From Massalongia carnosa (taxonomy: Eukaryota): DNA of 64,000 bases. How positions within the stretch are numbered: the first letter of the stretch is position 1; each line of letters starts with the position of its first letter. The stretch lies in the NCBI GenBank assembly GCA_965645245.1, contig OZ287078.1, forward strand, positions 744,001-808,000. The letters run 5' to 3'. Below the pieces are notes generated by a model that ran no database searches, was not told where the DNA came from, and worked only from the letters and a program-made list of their open reading frames with translations. The translations under genes were made by a program, and so were the position numbers. This document shows positions 60,101-64,000 of the stretch, piece after piece.

Positions 60101-61140
60101 CTTTATCAAAAATCCAATCAATAAACGCCGATAAATCGCGAATGTTACTCTATACCGATGGATCAAAAACCGAGTTTTCAACTTCCGCTGTCACATTTGC
60201 ACCAATTATGCGAAATTGGAACAATTTCACCGATAACTTCAATCGTTTTATCGAAAAAGATTGCCTCCTCAAACATCATACGATTTCGAAAAGCTGGAAA
60301 TTAAACAAACAGTCAAGCGTTAAAAACGCTGAACTCTATGCGATACTACAAGCAATAAAATGGGCATACAAATTGACAATTGCGAATATTCTCTTCAATT
60401 TGGAAAAAACGATTTGGATTTTTTCCGATAGCATAAACGCGATAAACGAAATTCAGAACTTGACAAATCATACTTACGCAAAACAAATTCGAAAATTCTC
60501 GAAATGCTTATTCGGAAACAATTATCAGGTGGTTCTCCAATGGATTCCTAGTCATTCGAAAATCGTCGAAAATGAAATTGTAGATAAAGCAGCAAAAGCG
60601 GGACATAGTCGAATCCTAGTCGAGTCTTCGATAATAACATTTGATTATGTAAAGGGTCAAATAAATCGAAATATGTTAGCCACATGGGAGAATCAATGGC
60701 AACAATGCAAGTCAAAAGGCAAATACTATGAGAAATTCGAAATGCAGCCGGGCAAATCGAGTTTTTATTATCTGTCGAATAATTGTTCGAAATTAATATT
60801 TGCGACTATTATGCAAATGAAATTCGGACACGGTTATTTTCGATCATATCTGCACCGATTGAAAGATTATAATTCGTCAAAATGCACAGGGCGCTGCAAC
60901 GAAAGTCAAACGCCAGAACACTTATTGATGAATTGCATACATTATTCAAATGAAATCCTAAACATGAAACAAAATATCGATACCACAATTACTTTAAAAA
61001 TGATGTTTAATACTAGGATCGGAAATAATATTTTGATTAAATTTATTGTTGATAACAAAATCGCGACTAGAAAATGGATGCTAGGTCAGCTCGATGACGA
61101 AAATATCGAAACGGGAGGTTGGGGAGAGATCGAACAGTAA
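57127..61140 (+). pseudogene. LINE ORF2: APE endonuclease-RT-RNaseH-CCHC; TGA at 57376 and RT motif FIDD>FIDN
   Basis: QHNCAK, QEPW, GDFNAHH, IDLTF, GSDH, YRIITLLN, GIPQGSP, YTDGS. ATG overlaps the ORF1 stop (TAATG). Confidence 0.92.
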
Positions 61141-62100
61141 AATTAGAAATGATTTATGCTGGAATATTTACGAGCTTTACAAAAACAAATTGTAAAATCG
61201 ATATTTCGATTACTAAAGGTTGTTACTAACACGGAGTAAAAACGGGGCAATATTGACGATAGATAGTTGGGTTATAAAGGGTTGATTTATTTGTAAAATA
61301 AAACCATATCTTAAATTAGTTTAGTGACATAACCTTAGGTTGAATACACTTAATGAATAAATAAAAATAAAAATAAAAGTTTCGACAATTTCGTCTTCTA
61401 GCTGACCTAGTATCCATTTTGTAGTAGCGATTTTTGTTTTGACAATAAACTTTATCAAAATATCATTTCCAATTTTGGTATTGAATAACATATTTAAATT
61501 GCTTGTCGTATCGGCAGTTTGTTTCATTATTTGAATCTCTTCAAAATAGTGAATGCAGTTCAGCATTAGATGTTCTGGTGTTTGACGTTCGTTGCTTCGA
61601 TTTGTGCATTTCGACGAATTATAATCTCCCAATCGATGTAGATATAATCGGAAATAACCGTGTCCGAACTTCAGCTGCATAATGGTAGCAAAGATCAATT
61701 TCGAACAATTGTTTGACAAACGATAAAAGCTCGATTTGCCAGGTTGCATTTCGAATTTCTCGTAATATTTGCCTTTTAACCTGCATCGTTGCAATTGATT
61801 TGTCCATGTGTTTAGCGTAATTTGATGAATTTGACTTTTTAAATAGTCGAATGTGATCGCTGAGGACTCCGCTAGGATTTGACTGTGACCCGATTTCGCC
61901 GTTTTGTCTGCAATTTCGTTTTCGATAATTTTCGAATGACTAGGAATCCATTCCAGAATTATCTGATATTTGTTTTCGAGTAAACATTTTGCAAGCTTTC
62001 GAATTTGCTTCGTATAAATATGATTAGTCAAATGTTGAATTTCGTTCATCGCATTTAAACTATAGGAAAAAATCTATATTGTTTTTTCTAAACTCGATAA

Positions 62101-64000
62101 TTTTTTTATTTATTTTTTTATTCATTAAGTGTATTCAACCTAAGGTTATGACACTAAACTATTTTAAGATATGGTTTTATTTTACAAATAAATCAACCCT
62201 TTATAACCCAACTATCTATCGTCAATATTGCCCCGTTTTTACTCCGTGTTAGTAACAACCTTTAGTAATCGAAATATCGATTTTACAATTTGTTTTTGTA
62301 AAGCTCGTAAATATTCCAGCATAAATCATTTCTAATTTTACTGTTCGATCTCTCCCCAACCTCCCGTTTCGGTATTTTCCTCATCGAGCTGACCTAGCAT
62401 CCATTTTCTAGTCGCGATTTTGTTATCAACAATAAATTTAATCAAAATATTATTTCCGATCCTAGTATTAAACAAAATTTTTAAAGTAATTGTGGTATCG
62501 ATATTTTTTAATCAAAATGTCATTTCCGATTTTTGTATTAAACAACATATTCAAGTTGATCGTAGTATCGATATTTTGTTTCATGTATTGTATTTCATCG
62601 AAATAGTGAATGCAATTCAATAACAAGTGTTCTGGCGTTTGTCGTTGATTGCATCGATTTGTGCATTTTGACGAATTATAATCTTTCAATCGCTGTAAAT
62701 ATGATCGAAAATAGCCGTGTCCGATTTAAGACATGGTTTTATTTTACAAATAAATCAACCCTTTATAATCCAACTATGTATCGTCAATATTGGCCCGTTT
62801 TTACTCCGTGTTAGTAACAACCTTTAGTTATCTAAATATCGATTTTACCATTTGTTTTTGTAAAGCTCGTAAATATTCCAGCATAAATCATTTCTAATTT
62901 TACTGTTCGATCTCTCCCCAACCTCCCGTTTCGATATTTTCGTCATCGAGCTGACCTAGCATCCATTTCTAGTCGCGATTTTGTTATCAACAATAAATTT
63001 AATCAAAATATTATTTCCGATCCTAGTATTAATCAACATTTTTAAAGTAATTGTGGTATCGATTTTTTGTTTCATGTTTAGGATTTCATTTGAATAATGT
63101 ATGCAATTCATCAATAAGCGTTCTGGCGTTTGACGTTCGTTGCAGCGCCCTGTGCATTTTGACGAATTATAATCTTTCAATCGGTGCAGATATAATCGAA
63201 AATAACCGTGTCCGAATTTCATTTGCATAATAGTCGCAAATATCAATTTCAAACAATTATTCGACAGATAATAAAAACTCGATTTGCCCGGCTGCATTTC
63301 GAATTTCTCATAGTATTTGCCTTTTGACTTGCATTGTTGCCATTGATTCGCCCATGTGGCTAACATATTTCGATTTATTTGACCCTTTACATAATCAAAT
63401 GTTATTATCGAAGACTCGACTAGGATTCGACTATGTCCCGCTTTTGCTTCTTTATCTGCAATTTCATTTTCGACGATTTTCGAATGACTAGGAATCCATT
63501 GTAGAACCACCTTTTTTATTTTTATTTATTCATTAAGTGTATTCAACCTAAGGTTATGACACTAAACTATTTTAGGATATGTTTCTATATTACAAATAAA
63601 TCAACCCTTTATAACCCATCTATGTATCGTCAATTTTTCCCCATTTTTATTCCGTGTTAGTAGCAACCTATAGTAATCGAAAATTATCGATTTTACAATT
63701 TATCTTTGTAAGTTCGTAACTGTTTCAGCATAAATCGTTTCTGATTTTACTGTTCGATCTCTCCCCAACCTCCAGTTTCGAAAATATCGTCATCAAGCTG
63801 ACCTAGTATCCATTTTCTAGTCGCGATTTTGTTATTGACAATGAATTTAATCAAAATGTCATTTCCGATTTTTGTATTAAACAACATATTCAAGTTGATC
63901 GTAGTATCGATGGTTTGTTTCATGTTTTGAATTTCATCGAAATAGTGAATGCAATTCAATAACAAGTGTTCTGGCGTTTGTCGTTGATTGCATCGATTTG
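62101..64000 (-). mobile_element. Head-to-tail array of LINE 3' fragments: B (62101-62506), A-like (62507-62724), B (62725-63511), A (63512-end)
   Basis: Each piece aligns to the reverse complement of 60527-61378 or 52230-52788. Junctions are direct, with 1-4 nt of microhomology. Confidence 0.85.

Larger units (their letters stand above)
54613..61378 (+). mobile_element. Full-length Tad1-like LINE, subfamily B (AT-rich), lightly disabled
   Basis: 14-bp TSD GTTTCGACAATTTC (54599-54612 and 61379-61392), ~870-bp 5' UTR, ORF1, ORF2, 3' UTR, (AATAAA)n tail. Confidence 0.93.
54344..62100 (-). mobile_element. LINE 3' fragment, subfamily C (54344-54612 + 61393-62100), split by the full-length LINE
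   Basis: T-rich tail and 3' UTR at 54344-54570. The ORF2 end GQLEDEIVET|GGWGEIEQ rejoins across TSD GTTTCGACAATTTC. Confidence 0.82.

Noticed and set aside
61321..61392. C-terminal FIFIFIYSLSVF extension of the ORF at 61321-62049
   Set aside because: Read-through into the antisense A-rich tail of the LINE inserted at this point.

Overview
Filamentous ascomycete (Pezizomycotina-type) genomic DNA. Bases 1-11.2 kb hold five intron-containing host genes: a SIZ1/PIAS SUMO ligase (partial), a DUF2423 protein, a Mei2-like RRM protein, GPI7 and mitochondrial TrpRS MSW1. From 75 bp upstream of the MSW1 ATG to the window end lies a dense transposon cluster whose nesting can mostly be resolved from terminal repeats and target-site duplications (TSDs). 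A pogo/Fot1 element (11236-39185) has absorbed a Tc1/mariner MITE (itself holding a Tad1 LINE, a 59-bp LINE stub and a MULE), two solo LTRs, a chromoviral Gypsy, a piggyBac, a second Gypsy and a second MULE. These are followed by a hAT, a truncated Gypsy and a nest of AT-rich Tad1-like LINEs. The most unusual signals are: (i) a single TSD-flanked insertion in which ~2.3 kb of non-coding, motif-rich, highly structured sequence is fused to a 5'-truncated LINE; (ii) a head-to-tail LINE concatemer suggesting serial template jumping; (iii) a covarying RNA structure in the LINE 5' UTRs; (iv) a piggyBac with a non-TTAA target; (v) a Gypsy with a TTTAAAC+pseudoknot frameshift placed after the protease and an extra ORF3. 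All coordinates, alignments and folds were done by eye; no database search was run.
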